Part shown: positions 10,536 through 19,461 of the stretch, one piece after another | How the letters are laid out: every line of letters starts with the position of its first letter | How positions within the stretch are numbered: the stretch's first letter is position 1 | Assembly (NCBI GenBank): GCA_963771075.1 | Contig: CAVYSE010000028.1 | Coordinates: forward strand, 1 to 64,000 | Direction: 5' to 3' | Source of the DNA: a candidate division FCPU426 bacterium | GTDB taxonomy: Bacteria; Oederibacteriota; Muellerivitia; Muellerivitales; Muellerivitaceae | DNA: 64,000 bases | Translations under genes and position numbers: made by a program | Notes under the pieces: model-generated | What the model was told of the DNA's origin: nothing | The model's input: only the letters and a program-made list of their open reading frames with translations | Database searches by the model: none

Positions 10536-11687
10536 TTATTTCAAAATCCGCTCGTAGGCCTCGAGCATCTTTTGGGCCATGGTCGTAGAGGACCATTTTT
10601 CGGCTTCGGGACGCGCTTCGGCTTTCTTTTGGGCGTAGAAGGCCTCGTCGGTCAACATCCTCCAAACCGCTTCCGAGAACTCTTTTTTATCCAAGCGGGT
10701 CATTAAGCCTCCTTTGCCGGAAGCCATGACGTCCTTCACGCCCATTTCCCCCACCGCCACTACCGGGGTATCGGCCGCCATGGCCTCGCTGATCACCAGA
10801 CCTTGGGTTTCGGTCACCGAAGCGAAAACGAACAGGTCCGCCCCCGCGTAGCAATCCCGCCAATCCTCAGGGGTGAGATAACCCACGAACAAAACGTATT
10901 TGGAGAGGTGCAGCTCATCGACCATGCGCTCCAATCTCCTCTTGGCGGCGCCTTCCCCGGCGATCAAGAACCTGAGATTTTGGTTTTTGATCAGCAAATC
11001 CTCAAACACTTCGACCAAAAACCCAATGTTCTTTTCCTCCGCCACCCGGCCCATGAAGAGGAGCAGCTTCTCTTTTTTTGAGACGCCGATGGCATCGCGG
11101 AAACGCTGGGGGTTGACCCCTTCGAACCTCGCCAAGCGGATACCGGTCGGAATGACCTCAATGGGCTTGGTCACCCTATAGCTGAGCAGAACGTCCCTCA
11201 TTTCCGAGGAAGGGGTAATGACCAGGTCGCAGGAATCGCAATAGGTGCGGCTGGCATGCTTGGCGTACCAGATGCCGAAAGCCTTGGGAAGGAACCACAG
11301 GTAATGTTCCGTATAAGCGGCGAAGAGGGTGTGGTAGGTATGGACCACCTTGGCCCCGGTTTTGCGAGCCCATTGAACGGCGGGTTTTCCCAGGGTAAAG
11401 GGGGTTTGGGTATGGACAATGTCGAATTTCTGGTCGTGGAAATGCCGGACCAGCTTCGGGTCGGAAGCGGGCCAGGGTAATCGATCCTCGGGATCGAAAA
11501 AAAGATACCAGGAGGGAAAGCGGTGCACGTGGTAGGGCTGGATTGGGTCCACATGGTTGGGGAACTGGGGACCATAGATGTGGACCTCATGGCCCAATTT
11601 AGAAAATTCCTCGGCGAAGATTTGGGTAGAAGTGGAAACACCGTTGATGCGGGGAAAGTAGGTGTCGGTAACCAAGGCGATTTTCAA
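10536..11687 (-). CDS. GT4 glycosyltransferase (1,2-diacylglycerol glucosyltransferase-like), copy 2
   Basis: MKIALVTDTYFPRINGV, HTQTPF, HTYHT, GRVAEEKN, FASVTETQGLVISEAMA. Confidence 0.9.
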   Translation of the reverse strand: MKIALVTDTYFPRINGVSTSTQIFAEEFSKLGHEVHIYGPQFPNHVDPIQPYHVHRFPSWYLFFDPEDRLPWPASDPKLVRHFHDQKFDIVHTQTPFTLGKPAVQWARKTGAKVVHTYHTLFAAYTEHYLWFLPKAFGIWYAKHASRTYCDSCDLVITPSSEMRDVLLSYRVTKPIEVIPTGIRLARFEGVNPQRFRDAIGVSKKEKLLLFMGRVAEEKNIGFLVEVFEDLLIKNQNLRFLIAGEGAAKRRLERMVDELHLSKYVLFVGYLTPEDWRDCYAGADLFVFASVTETQGLVISEAMAADTPVVAVGEMGVKDVMASGKGGLMTRLDKKEFSEAVWRMLTDEAFYAQKKAEARPEAEKWSSTTMAQKMLEAYERILK

Positions 11688-11708
11688 CGAAAACCTTTCT
11701 TGCCAGAA

Positions 11709-11837
11709 TTTACCGTAAAGACGCGGAGAAAAACCAAAAATAATAATCCCGCATTTTAGAGAATTACCTACGCGACTGGTTTAAATGTAGGTTAATTCAG
11801 ATGATTGATAAGAATCAAATGCGGTTTGCGTGGTGAA
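11709..11837. repeat. Degenerate inverted-repeat element between the GT4 paralogues
   Basis: TTTACCGTAAAGACGCGGAG ... GCGGTTTGCGTGGTGAA with an AT-rich interior. Confidence 0.45.
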
Positions 11838-11849
11838 TGGTTCGATTTT

Positions 11850-13004
11850 TTAGGCTTTCAAGATCTGTTCATAGGCCGAAAGCATCTTCTTGGCCATGGA
11901 GGTCGAGGACCAATTCTCAGCCTCGATCCGGGTCTCGGCCTTTTTAACCGCGTAAAAAGCCCCATCGGTCATCATACGGAAGACCGCATCGGAGAATTCC
12001 CTTTTATCCAACCGGGTAACGGTTCCCCCTTTGCCGGAGGCCATCACGTCTTTCACACCCATTTCACCAACAGCGACCACGGGGGTACCGGCGGCCATGG
12101 CTTCGGTCACCACCAAACCTTGGGTCTCCGTCACCGAGGCGAACACGAATAAATCTACACCGGCGTAGCAATCGCGCCATTTCTCGCCCGTCAAATAACC
12201 GGGGAAGCAAACCGTATCCGTTAGCTTCAGGTCCTGGACTTTCTTTTCCAGCCGTTCCTTGGCGGGGCCCGCTCCCGCGATCAGGAATTTCAAATGAGGA
12301 ACCTTGGGAATTAGCTCCCGAAAGACATCGATCAAAAAGTCGATGTTCTTTTCCTCCGCCACCCGGCCCATGAACATCAGAATTTTATCCTCGGGTTTGT
12401 AGCCATTCGTCTCGCGGAATCGTTTGGGGTCGCTCCCGTCAAAACGGTTCAGTTGAATGCCCGTGGGAATCACCTCAACCCTTTTGGAAATGCCGTAACT
12501 CAACAACACATTCCGCATTTCGCTGGAGGGGGTGACGATCATGTCGCAGGAATCGCAGTACTTTCGGCTCAAGCGCTTGGCGTATCCAATCATGGGCTTG
12601 GTGGGTAAAAACCAAAGGTAATGTTCAATATATGCCGCGAAATGGGTGTGGTAGGTATGCACCACCTTGGCCCCCGATTGCCGGGCCCATGGGATGGCGG
12701 CCTGACCTAAAGTGAAAGGCGTCTGGGTGTGGACGATGTCAAATTTCTGGTCAAGGAACTGTCGAATCAACTTTTTGTCGGCGTTCGGGCGTGGCAAGCG
12801 GTCCTCAGGGTCAAAGAAGAGGTACCAGGAGGGAAAGCGGTGGATTTGATAAGGAAGCGGCTCATCGACGTGGCCGGGAAATGCGGGCCCGTAAATATGA
12901 ACCTCATGTCCCAAAGCGGCGAATTCCCGCGCGAAGGTTTGGGTGGAAGCCCCCACGCCGTTGATGCGGGGAAAGTAGGTGTCGGTCACCAAGGCGATTT
13001 TCAT
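11850..13004 (-). CDS. GT4 glycosyltransferase (1,2-diacylglycerol glucosyltransferase-like), copy 1
   Basis: Same motifs as the adjacent gene, with long identical peptide blocks; tandem paralogue. Confidence 0.9.
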   Translation of the reverse strand: MKIALVTDTYFPRINGVGASTQTFAREFAALGHEVHIYGPAFPGHVDEPLPYQIHRFPSWYLFFDPEDRLPRPNADKKLIRQFLDQKFDIVHTQTPFTLGQAAIPWARQSGAKVVHTYHTHFAAYIEHYLWFLPTKPMIGYAKRLSRKYCDSCDMIVTPSSEMRNVLLSYGISKRVEVIPTGIQLNRFDGSDPKRFRETNGYKPEDKILMFMGRVAEEKNIDFLIDVFRELIPKVPHLKFLIAGAGPAKERLEKKVQDLKLTDTVCFPGYLTGEKWRDCYAGVDLFVFASVTETQGLVVTEAMAAGTPVVAVGEMGVKDVMASGKGGTVTRLDKREFSDAVFRMMTDGAFYAVKKAETRIEAENWSSTSMAKKMLSAYEQILKA

Positions 13005-13025
13005 TTTTACCTTACAAAAAGAATT

Positions 13026-13167
13026 TTTACCACAGCGGGGACACAGAGAAAAAAATAAGGCATCCTTTATTAATTAATAGCAAAATCGTTACTACAAAGA
13101 TTGACGTAGGTTGGAGGACTTTTTCCTAAAAACAAATTGGATCTATTTTCTGTGTCTCCGTGGTGAA
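13026..13167. repeat. Intergenic inverted-repeat element
   Basis: TTTACCACAGCGGGGACACAGAGAAAA ... TTTTCTGTGTCTCCGTGGTGAA. Confidence 0.7.
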
Positions 13168-13170
13168 GTC

Positions 13171-14901
13171 TTAGGGTGTACAGAGTTTCCATTCCTCGGC
13201 GGCGAATTTCTTCACCTTGTCCATGACCTGGGCCGAGGGAACCTTCGCCACCTCTTTTTCGCGGCGGCGTTTGACTTCCAAGACCCCTTCTTTCAGGCCC
13301 TTGGCCCCCACTCGCACTGAAACCGGCAGCCCCAGCAGGTCCGCGTCTTTGAATTTGAACCCGGCAGTCGCCTCGGTCCGGTCATCATAGAGCACCTCAT
13401 AACCGGCCTTCATTAAGTCGTCGTAAACCTGGTCCGCCACCTTGACCACTTCGGCTTCGGCGGGATTCAGACAGAGGAGGTGAACCTGGTAGGGCGCGAT
13501 GGAAATGGGCCAGAGGATGCCGTCCGCGTCGTTGTGCTGCTCGATGGCGGCCCCTACCGTTCGGGTCACGCCGATGCCGTAACAGCCCATAACCGCTTCT
13601 TTCTCTTTCATCTTCTCGTCCAGATACACGCAATGCATGGACTTGGAATATTTGGTTCCAAGTTTGAAAGTCTGACCCACCTCGATGCCCCTGACAATCT
13701 TCAGGGGTTTGCCGCATTTGGGACACCCTTCGCCATCCACCACGTTGCGGAAGTCGTTGTACCAAGGCGCGGCGCAATCCCGGCCGATTTCGACATGGAC
13801 CAAGTGCTTATCCTTCACCAGGGCTCCGGTCACGTAATCGTGACCCTCTTTCAGGGCGTTGTCCGCCAATATTTTCACGCCTTTTAATCCCACTGGTCCC
13901 GCGAAACCCACTGGGGCACCCGTCACCTCCAAAACCTTTTCGGCGGGGGCCAAAATCAGGTCCACCGCGTTCAACGCGTTTTTCACCTTGGTCTCATTGA
14001 CCTCGTGGTCGCCCCGCACCAGGACCGCCACCGGTTTGCCGTCGGCTAGGAAGATGAGGGTTTTGATGAATTGCTGGGGGGGAAGTTTTAACAAGGCCCC
14101 CACGTCTTCCACCGTGTATTTGCCGGGAGTATCCACGGCAAGGGCGGTTTCGGAAGTGGGCTGGGTTACGGAAGCGGCGGCGGGGACCCCGACCGCCTTT
14201 TCCATGTTGGCCGCGTAAGAACAGGCCCCGCACCAGGCGATGGCGGCCTCGCCCGTTTCGGCCATGACCATGAACTCATGGGTGAAAGACCCGCCGATCA
14301 AGCCCGAATCAGCCTCGACGGGGGAAAAGGCCAGACCACAACGCTTAAAAATGCGCTTGTAGGCTTCCAACATGGCCCAATAAGTCTTGTCGGAAGCCGC
14401 GTCATCCACGTCGAAGGAGTAGCCGTCCTTCATCAGGAATTCCTTGGTGCGCATCACGCCAAACCGGGGGCGCACCTCGTCGCGGAACTTGGTGGCGATC
14501 TGGAAAAGGTTCTGGGGCAGTTGCTTGTAGCTTTTCAGCTCCCGGCGGACCAGGTCGGTAATGACCTCCTCGTGGGTGGGGCCAAGGGCGAAATCATGTT
14601 CATGACGGTCCTTGACCCGCATCAGTTCCTTGCCGTATTTCTGCCAGCGGCCGGTTTCCTGCCACAATTCGGCGGGGGTCAGGATGGGCATCAAGACTTC
14701 CTGCGCCCCTGCCCGGGCCATTTCCTCCCGGATGATGGTGGCGACCTTGAAGATGGACCGGAACCCCAAGGGCAGGTATTCGTAAATGCCGGAGGCGACC
14801 TTGCGCATCAACCCCGCGCGAAGCATCAGCTTATGGGAGGGGATTTCCGCCTCGCCGGGTGTTTCTTTGACCGTCGGGATCAGGGCTTGGGATACTCGCA
14901 T
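13171..14901 (-). CDS. proS: Proline--tRNA ligase (bacterial type, with editing insertion)
   Basis: LGPTHEE, FRDEVRPRFGVMR, GIEVGQTFKLGTKYS, MGCYGIG; start MRVSQ at 14901. Confidence 0.97.
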   Translation of the reverse strand: MRVSQALIPTVKETPGEAEIPSHKLMLRAGLMRKVASGIYEYLPLGFRSIFKVATIIREEMARAGAQEVLMPILTPAELWQETGRWQKYGKELMRVKDRHEHDFALGPTHEEVITDLVRRELKSYKQLPQNLFQIATKFRDEVRPRFGVMRTKEFLMKDGYSFDVDDAASDKTYWAMLEAYKRIFKRCGLAFSPVEADSGLIGGSFTHEFMVMAETGEAAIAWCGACSYAANMEKAVGVPAAASVTQPTSETALAVDTPGKYTVEDVGALLKLPPQQFIKTLIFLADGKPVAVLVRGDHEVNETKVKNALNAVDLILAPAEKVLEVTGAPVGFAGPVGLKGVKILADNALKEGHDYVTGALVKDKHLVHVEIGRDCAAPWYNDFRNVVDGEGCPKCGKPLKIVRGIEVGQTFKLGTKYSKSMHCVYLDEKMKEKEAVMGCYGIGVTRTVGAAIEQHNDADGILWPISIAPYQVHLLCLNPAEAEVVKVADQVYDDLMKAGYEVLYDDRTEATAGFKFKDADLLGLPVSVRVGAKGLKEGVLEVKRRREKEVAKVPSAQVMDKVKKFAAEEWKLCTP

Positions 14902-14932
14902 AGGGTCCTCAGGTTTTGAATTCGGGGATAAT

Positions 14933-14964
14933 AAAAGGGGCGGGCCAATCCGGCCCACCCCTTT
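14933..14964 (-). terminator. Intrinsic terminator-like hairpin between ispG and proS
   Basis: Minus strand AAAGGGGTGGGCC-GGATT-GGCCCGCCCCTTTT. Confidence 0.6.
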
Positions 14965-14995
14965 GGAAGTAGCAATATAACCGCAGAAACTGGTT

Positions 14996-16096
14996 TTAGG
15001 AAGTCTTGGCTTTTTCGATCTCGGCGGCCTTTTTCTTGATCTCGCCGATCAGGTGAGGCACCAATTCCTCCTCTTTCAATCGAGTTTTGATCTCGCCCTT
15101 CTCGATGATGACCCCATGCCCCTTTTCGGAACAGATCCCCAGGTCCGCTTCGGCTCCCTCTCCTAGGCCATTCACCACGCAGCCCATGACCGCGACCCTC
15201 ATGGGGGTCTTCATGGTTAGGGTGGCGGTTTCAACCGCGTCCACCATGGACTCTAAATCCACATGGCAACGCCCGCAGGTCGGGCAAGCCACGATATCGA
15301 CCCCTTCTTTGCGGAAGCCCATGGACCGGAGCAGGTGGGTTGCGACCTTCACTTCCTCAACCGGATCGGCCGTTAGGGAAACACGTATCGTGTCGCCGAT
15401 CCCGTCGGATAAGACCGCCCCGATGCCGGCGGCGCTTTTGGTGATTCCCTGCATTTTGGTCCCCGCTTCGGTAACCCCGACATGAAAAGGATAATCACAT
15501 TGTTGGGCCAGAAGCCGGTAGGACTGGATCATGGTGGGCACATGCGAGCTTTTAACCGAGATGATCATGTCGTGATAACCGAGAGACTCGATGAAACGGA
15601 TATGTCGCATGGCCGATTCCACGATGGCCTCCGGCGTGGGGTGTCCATGTTTTTCCAGCAAGTCTTTCTCAAGGGAGCCCGAATTGACCCCCACCCGCAT
15701 CGCCACCTTGTGCTTCTTGCACTTCTCAACCACCTGGGCCAGACGGTCCATGCCCCCGATGTTGCCCGGATTGATGCGGATCTTGTCCGCCCCCGCGTCC
15801 ACCGCGCCGAGCGCGATGGAATAGGCGAAATGAATATCGGCCACCAGGGGCACATGCATCTGGGCCTTGATCTTGTCCAACACCTTCAGGGACTGCTGGC
15901 TTTCGACCGTGACGCGAATGATCTCGCAGCCCGCGTCCTCCAGTCGTTTGATCTGGTCCAGGGTCTCCTGGACGTCATAGGTGTGGGTATTGGTCATGGA
16001 TTGGATGGAAACGGGCGCGTTGCCCCCCACTTGGACTTTCCCTACCATAACGGGACGGGTCTTGCGGCGTTTGATCTCGTGGAACATTTCAGACAT
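14996..16096 (-). CDS. ispG: 4-hydroxy-3-methylbut-2-en-1-yl diphosphate synthase
   Basis: IQSMTNT, VADIHF, RINPGNI, RVGVNSGS, GDTIRVSL, CPTCGR, MGCVVNG. Confidence 0.97.
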   Translation of the reverse strand: MSEMFHEIKRRKTRPVMVGKVQVGGNAPVSIQSMTNTHTYDVQETLDQIKRLEDAGCEIIRVTVESQQSLKVLDKIKAQMHVPLVADIHFAYSIALGAVDAGADKIRINPGNIGGMDRLAQVVEKCKKHKVAMRVGVNSGSLEKDLLEKHGHPTPEAIVESAMRHIRFIESLGYHDMIISVKSSHVPTMIQSYRLLAQQCDYPFHVGVTEAGTKMQGITKSAAGIGAVLSDGIGDTIRVSLTADPVEEVKVATHLLRSMGFRKEGVDIVACPTCGRCHVDLESMVDAVETATLTMKTPMRVAVMGCVVNGLGEGAEADLGICSEKGHGVIIEKGEIKTRLKEEELVPHLIGEIKKKAAEIEKAKTS

Positions 16097-16295
16097 GAGG
16101 GGCTCCCCTTTCAGCCATTTTTCTTATAAAGATTGATGGGAAAAAATGACTTGCCCTTCTCTCGGGTAAAAAAGGGTCTAGATACAAGGTTGCAAGGCAT
16201 TAGGCATCTTAATCTTGAGGATGAGCGCATTTCAAGGCGGGCTCCATAACTGGAAAACCGGAAGTGGGAATAAGCCGGAAAATTAATGGATAGGG

Positions 16296-19202
16296 TTAAC
16301 GAAGGACCAACAGCCGCATCACATTTTGTTGAATGCGCCCGCCATTATTTACAACAAGCACCGCGTAATAGAGCCCATTGGCGATGGACCCCACTTTGGA
16401 CCATTCCAGGGTATACCCTTGCCCCCCGACCGCCGTTGGAAGGTGGTCATCCTCGAATATCTTCCGGAAAGACACCGTATATAGCTTCAACTGAACCTGC
16501 TGGGCGGGTACGGTTAGAAGATAGGTAATATGAACGGGCAACTGATCCTTGACGGGATTGGGATAGATCCAGTTCATACCCGGTGTGGAGGTTGGAATCA
16601 GCGATTGGGTGGGGGAACAGGTTGGGGTCGCCGTCCCGGTCGGTGAGTTGAGGGCCGTCGGGGAGGACGTTGCGCTGGCCGAGGGAGTAGCGGTCCAGGA
16701 AAGGGTTAGGGTCCAGACGGGGGTATCGGTCCCGGTGGGTGTCCCCGTTTGGGTTGGAGTCCAGGTCCATGAATTCGTCGGTGTTGGGGTCGGGGTGGAA
16801 GTTAGCGGAGGAGTAAACGTAAAGGTACAGGTGTTCCCCGAACCATCCATGCAAACCGTCTGGGTCGGGGTTGAGGTAGGGGTCGAGGTGGAGGAGGGGG
16901 TGGGTGTGTTTGAAAAGGTATAGGTCGAACTGGGGGTCGGGGTCGGGGAAAGGGTAGGTGTATTCGACGGAGTCCAAGTGGGGGTCAGGGTTATCGTATT
17001 TGTGGGAGAGAGGGTTGCCGTACTGGTGGGTGTTGAAGTGCTGGTGGAGGTCCGAGTCGGGGTGGGACTCGGGGTGGAAGAAGGGGTGGAAGTGGAGGTT
17101 GGGGACTTGGTGGGCGTAGTGGTATAAGTTGGCACGCCTGAATTCGTGAATTGAAACACATTGATGGAATAGGGGCTAAAGGTCACCGGAAACGAGGAGG
17201 ATACCCCAGTCATCACGCCTGAGACAGGAGCGGTATCGGGAGAAGCGTTATAGGGTGTCGTGGTCGTTTCCCAAACATAATTGGAGCCATTAAAGACCCA
17301 GGTTTGGGCCGTGGAATTGGGAACGAAGGGGCCGATATTGAGGGTGGTCGCATAGCTATTGGTAACGTCCTTGTTAATAACGATCAGGGAAAGGACGTTA
17401 TCGGGCCGATAATCCGCGTAACAGGCCAGGGTGGCCGCGGTGCTAGCGGTGCTGACCAATTGGTGGATGTTCGCGTCCCCGCCTATGGCCCAGTCGGAGG
17501 CCATCATCTGCATGGCCCAATAATTCGCACGGGGTTGGTTCGGGTAGCTACCGCCCCCCTCTAAATAACCCTGGTCTCCAACAACCGAGGTGGCGTAGGA
17601 AGACCCGTTCAAGATATCCCACAGGTTGGTATGTCCCCCATAAGCGAAGGTGGGTGGACCGAAGTTTTTGATGTATTCCCCGAGCCAGTTATCCAGCCAA
17701 AGGCCGGTGGGCAGCTGGTTCATAAGAACCGGGGTTCCCGCGCTGATATTGGTCTCGCTCATAATGACGGGAATATTACCCGAGCTCATTCCCGCCCCCG
17801 TTAGCCAGCTCGAAAGGCTGACCGCGAAGGAGGCAACCTGGGAAGGGGTGCCCAGCGCGACTACGGCGCTGGTTCCCTGCCAATAGGGATACCAATGAAA
17901 ATCCAGGGCGCCCAGTTCGTTGGTCGCGCCCAGGGTGCTTAGGGTATTCAAAAAGGTTTGGATGAACGGATTACCGTCGTATGCGTTGGAATTGTTGTAG
18001 GGCCCCCCGACCACGGGTCCGGTGATAATGATGTTCGGGTCCACCGCAGTCATGGCACTGTAAAATTCTGTGAACCGGTAAGCGTAATCGTCCGCCCGCA
18101 TGGGGCCGCCGCATTCCCAATTGCCATCCATCTCGTTGCCGATCTGCCAATACTTGATTCCATAACCCATTTGTTTGTTGGCGTAGTTCACCCAACTGGC
18201 GGCCTCCGACGGGGTGCCAGTCCCGAAGTTCACGGTAATCTCGGGAACCGCCGTGACTCCCCCGGTAGTAATGGAATGAATGAAGGTCATGAAGGAGGCG
18301 AAGTCCGTCGAACCGGGTGGGCTGGTTTGGTAATTTTTAGTGGAGGCGGGGTCCACGCTTGAAACTTCCACCGCGGATTGGGAGGTAGAAGGCGTATTCT
18401 TCGTGACCGCTGTCGTCCCATTGAATGCGTAAACCTCATCGATGTCATAGGCTCCACCTGCCCCGGCCGAACTGGCCGTCAGGAGGATCCGGATATAACG
18501 GGTGGCCTGGGCGGTCGAGAAGGTGATGACCGTCGTTCCTCCCGTGGCGCCCGTGACGTTGCCCCCCGAGAAATCCGACCAATTGGAGGCTTCGCCCGCG
18601 TTGTAGTAAGGCGTCGTATTCGCGCTGCCTTTCCAATACTGGACCTCATAGTTGGTGGCGTAGGGCGTCCCCCAAAGTATGCTCACCGAACTCACGCTGA
18701 CCGTGCTGTTGCTACCGGTCAAGTCGATCTGGGCCCACTGATGATTTGGAAAGTAGGTGTCTTTGTTGGACAGCCAGGAAGTATTCGCGTTATTGTCCGT
18801 GATATATGAGTAAGTGCCGTTGGCGCCGGTGGTTCCGCGGTAGGTCTCGTAATCGGCGAAACCAGCCGAATAGCTGTTGCCGCTTGGCACCCAATAACCG
18901 TTGGAATCAAAGGCCCCCGTGCTGTTCCAATGGTAGACGTCGGAAGAGGAACCTCCCGGATAACGAAGAAAATAATTCCCAGCCTGTGCAACCAGGGTAC
19001 TGACGCCATAATTGCTCGTTTGACTGATCCAATAGGACATATTGTTCCCAAAAATGCTCAAGGGAGCGAAGGAAGTGAGGGTCGTGCCGGCATTGACCGT
19101 GATAGTGGCCGGAAGGGGTTGGGCCTTCGCGGGGCTGATCGAACCCATCCAAAGGCCAAGCAGGCACAATAAGTGGATCGCGTGTCTCTGGATTTTCTGC
19201 AT
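16296..19202 (-). CDS. Secreted clan-A-like glycoside hydrolase (GH44/51/79-like) with inserted F5/8-type C (CBM32-like) domain, Thr/Pro linker and T9SS-like C-terminal domain
   Basis: Signal peptide; LRYPGGS..D.YHW, YWQIGNE, FHWYP, IMSETN; WAQIDL...TRYIRI discoidin-like motifs; long TPT linker; YPNP...NGLYY C-terminus. Confidence 0.8.
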   Translation of the reverse strand: MQKIQRHAIHLLCLLGLWMGSISPAKAQPLPATITVNAGTTLTSFAPLSIFGNNMSYWISQTSNYGVSTLVAQAGNYFLRYPGGSSSDVYHWNSTGAFDSNGYWVPSGNSYSAGFADYETYRGTTGANGTYSYITDNNANTSWLSNKDTYFPNHQWAQIDLTGSNSTVSVSSVSILWGTPYATNYEVQYWKGSANTTPYYNAGEASNWSDFSGGNVTGATGGTTVITFSTAQATRYIRILLTASSAGAGGAYDIDEVYAFNGTTAVTKNTPSTSQSAVEVSSVDPASTKNYQTSPPGSTDFASFMTFIHSITTGGVTAVPEITVNFGTGTPSEAASWVNYANKQMGYGIKYWQIGNEMDGNWECGGPMRADDYAYRFTEFYSAMTAVDPNIIITGPVVGGPYNNSNAYDGNPFIQTFLNTLSTLGATNELGALDFHWYPYWQGTSAVVALGTPSQVASFAVSLSSWLTGAGMSSGNIPVIMSETNISAGTPVLMNQLPTGLWLDNWLGEYIKNFGPPTFAYGGHTNLWDILNGSSYATSVVGDQGYLEGGGSYPNQPRANYWAMQMMASDWAIGGDANIHQLVSTASTAATLACYADYRPDNVLSLIVINKDVTNSYATTLNIGPFVPNSTAQTWVFNGSNYVWETTTTPYNASPDTAPVSGVMTGVSSSFPVTFSPYSINVFQFTNSGVPTYTTTPTKSPTSTSTPSSTPSPTPTRTSTSTSTPTSTATLSPTNTITLTPTWTPSNTPTLSPTPTPSSTYTFSNTPTPSSTSTPTSTPTQTVCMDGSGNTCTFTFTPPLTSTPTPTPTNSWTWTPTQTGTPTGTDTPVWTLTLSWTATPSASATSSPTALNSPTGTATPTCSPTQSLIPTSTPGMNWIYPNPVKDQLPVHITYLLTVPAQQVQLKLYTVSFRKIFEDDHLPTAVGGQGYTLEWSKVGSIANGLYYAVLVVNNGGRIQQNVMRLLVLR

Positions 19203-19219
19203 CTTGAGTGTTCCTTAAT

Positions 19220-19246
19220 AAAAAAAGCCGAATCGGCTTCGGCTTT
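19220..19246 (-). terminator. Terminator-like hairpin with U-tract immediately upstream of the large GH gene
   Basis: Minus strand AAAGCCGAA-GCCGA-TTCGGCTTT followed by TTTT. Confidence 0.55.
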
Positions 19247-19266
19247 CAATCAACCACGGATGAACG

Positions 19267-19282
19267 TGCAGAAAGTATGCCA
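19267..19282 (-). promoter_or_regulatory. Putative sigma54 (-24/-12) promoter
   Basis: TGGCATACTTTCTGCA has the exact GG-N10-GC spacing and points toward the GH gene 65 nt downstream. Confidence 0.45.
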
Positions 19283-19344
19283 CAAAAGAACAACGATAAA
19301 AGATTTGAAAAGAAACAAAACCTTTTTCATAAACCCTATGCATG

Positions 19345-19354
19345 AAAGCGCTTT
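19345..19354. promoter_or_regulatory. LacI-family operator-like palindrome AAAGCGCTTT
   Basis: Perfect 10-bp palindrome with central CG inside GCATGAAAGCGCTTTGCATGC; the same core is at 21194 and 56741. Confidence 0.7.
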
Positions 19355-19461
19355 GCATGCCGGTTTACCGTCACAGCGGATGGAAATCAAACACAGGAAA
19401 AATCCACGAACATACCGCTCGAGATAAAACGAACACCCGGGATAAAATCTCTCGTTGTTTC

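Noticed and set aside
14901..14995. T-box riboswitch before proS
   Set aside because: Intergenic region is under 100 nt and lacks the T-box motif; only a simple hairpin is present.
16590..17125. Repetitive GGGGT/GTGG-rich DNA resembling a repeat array
   Set aside because: Encodes the Thr/Pro/Ser linker; no fixed repeat-spacer periodicity, so not CRISPR.
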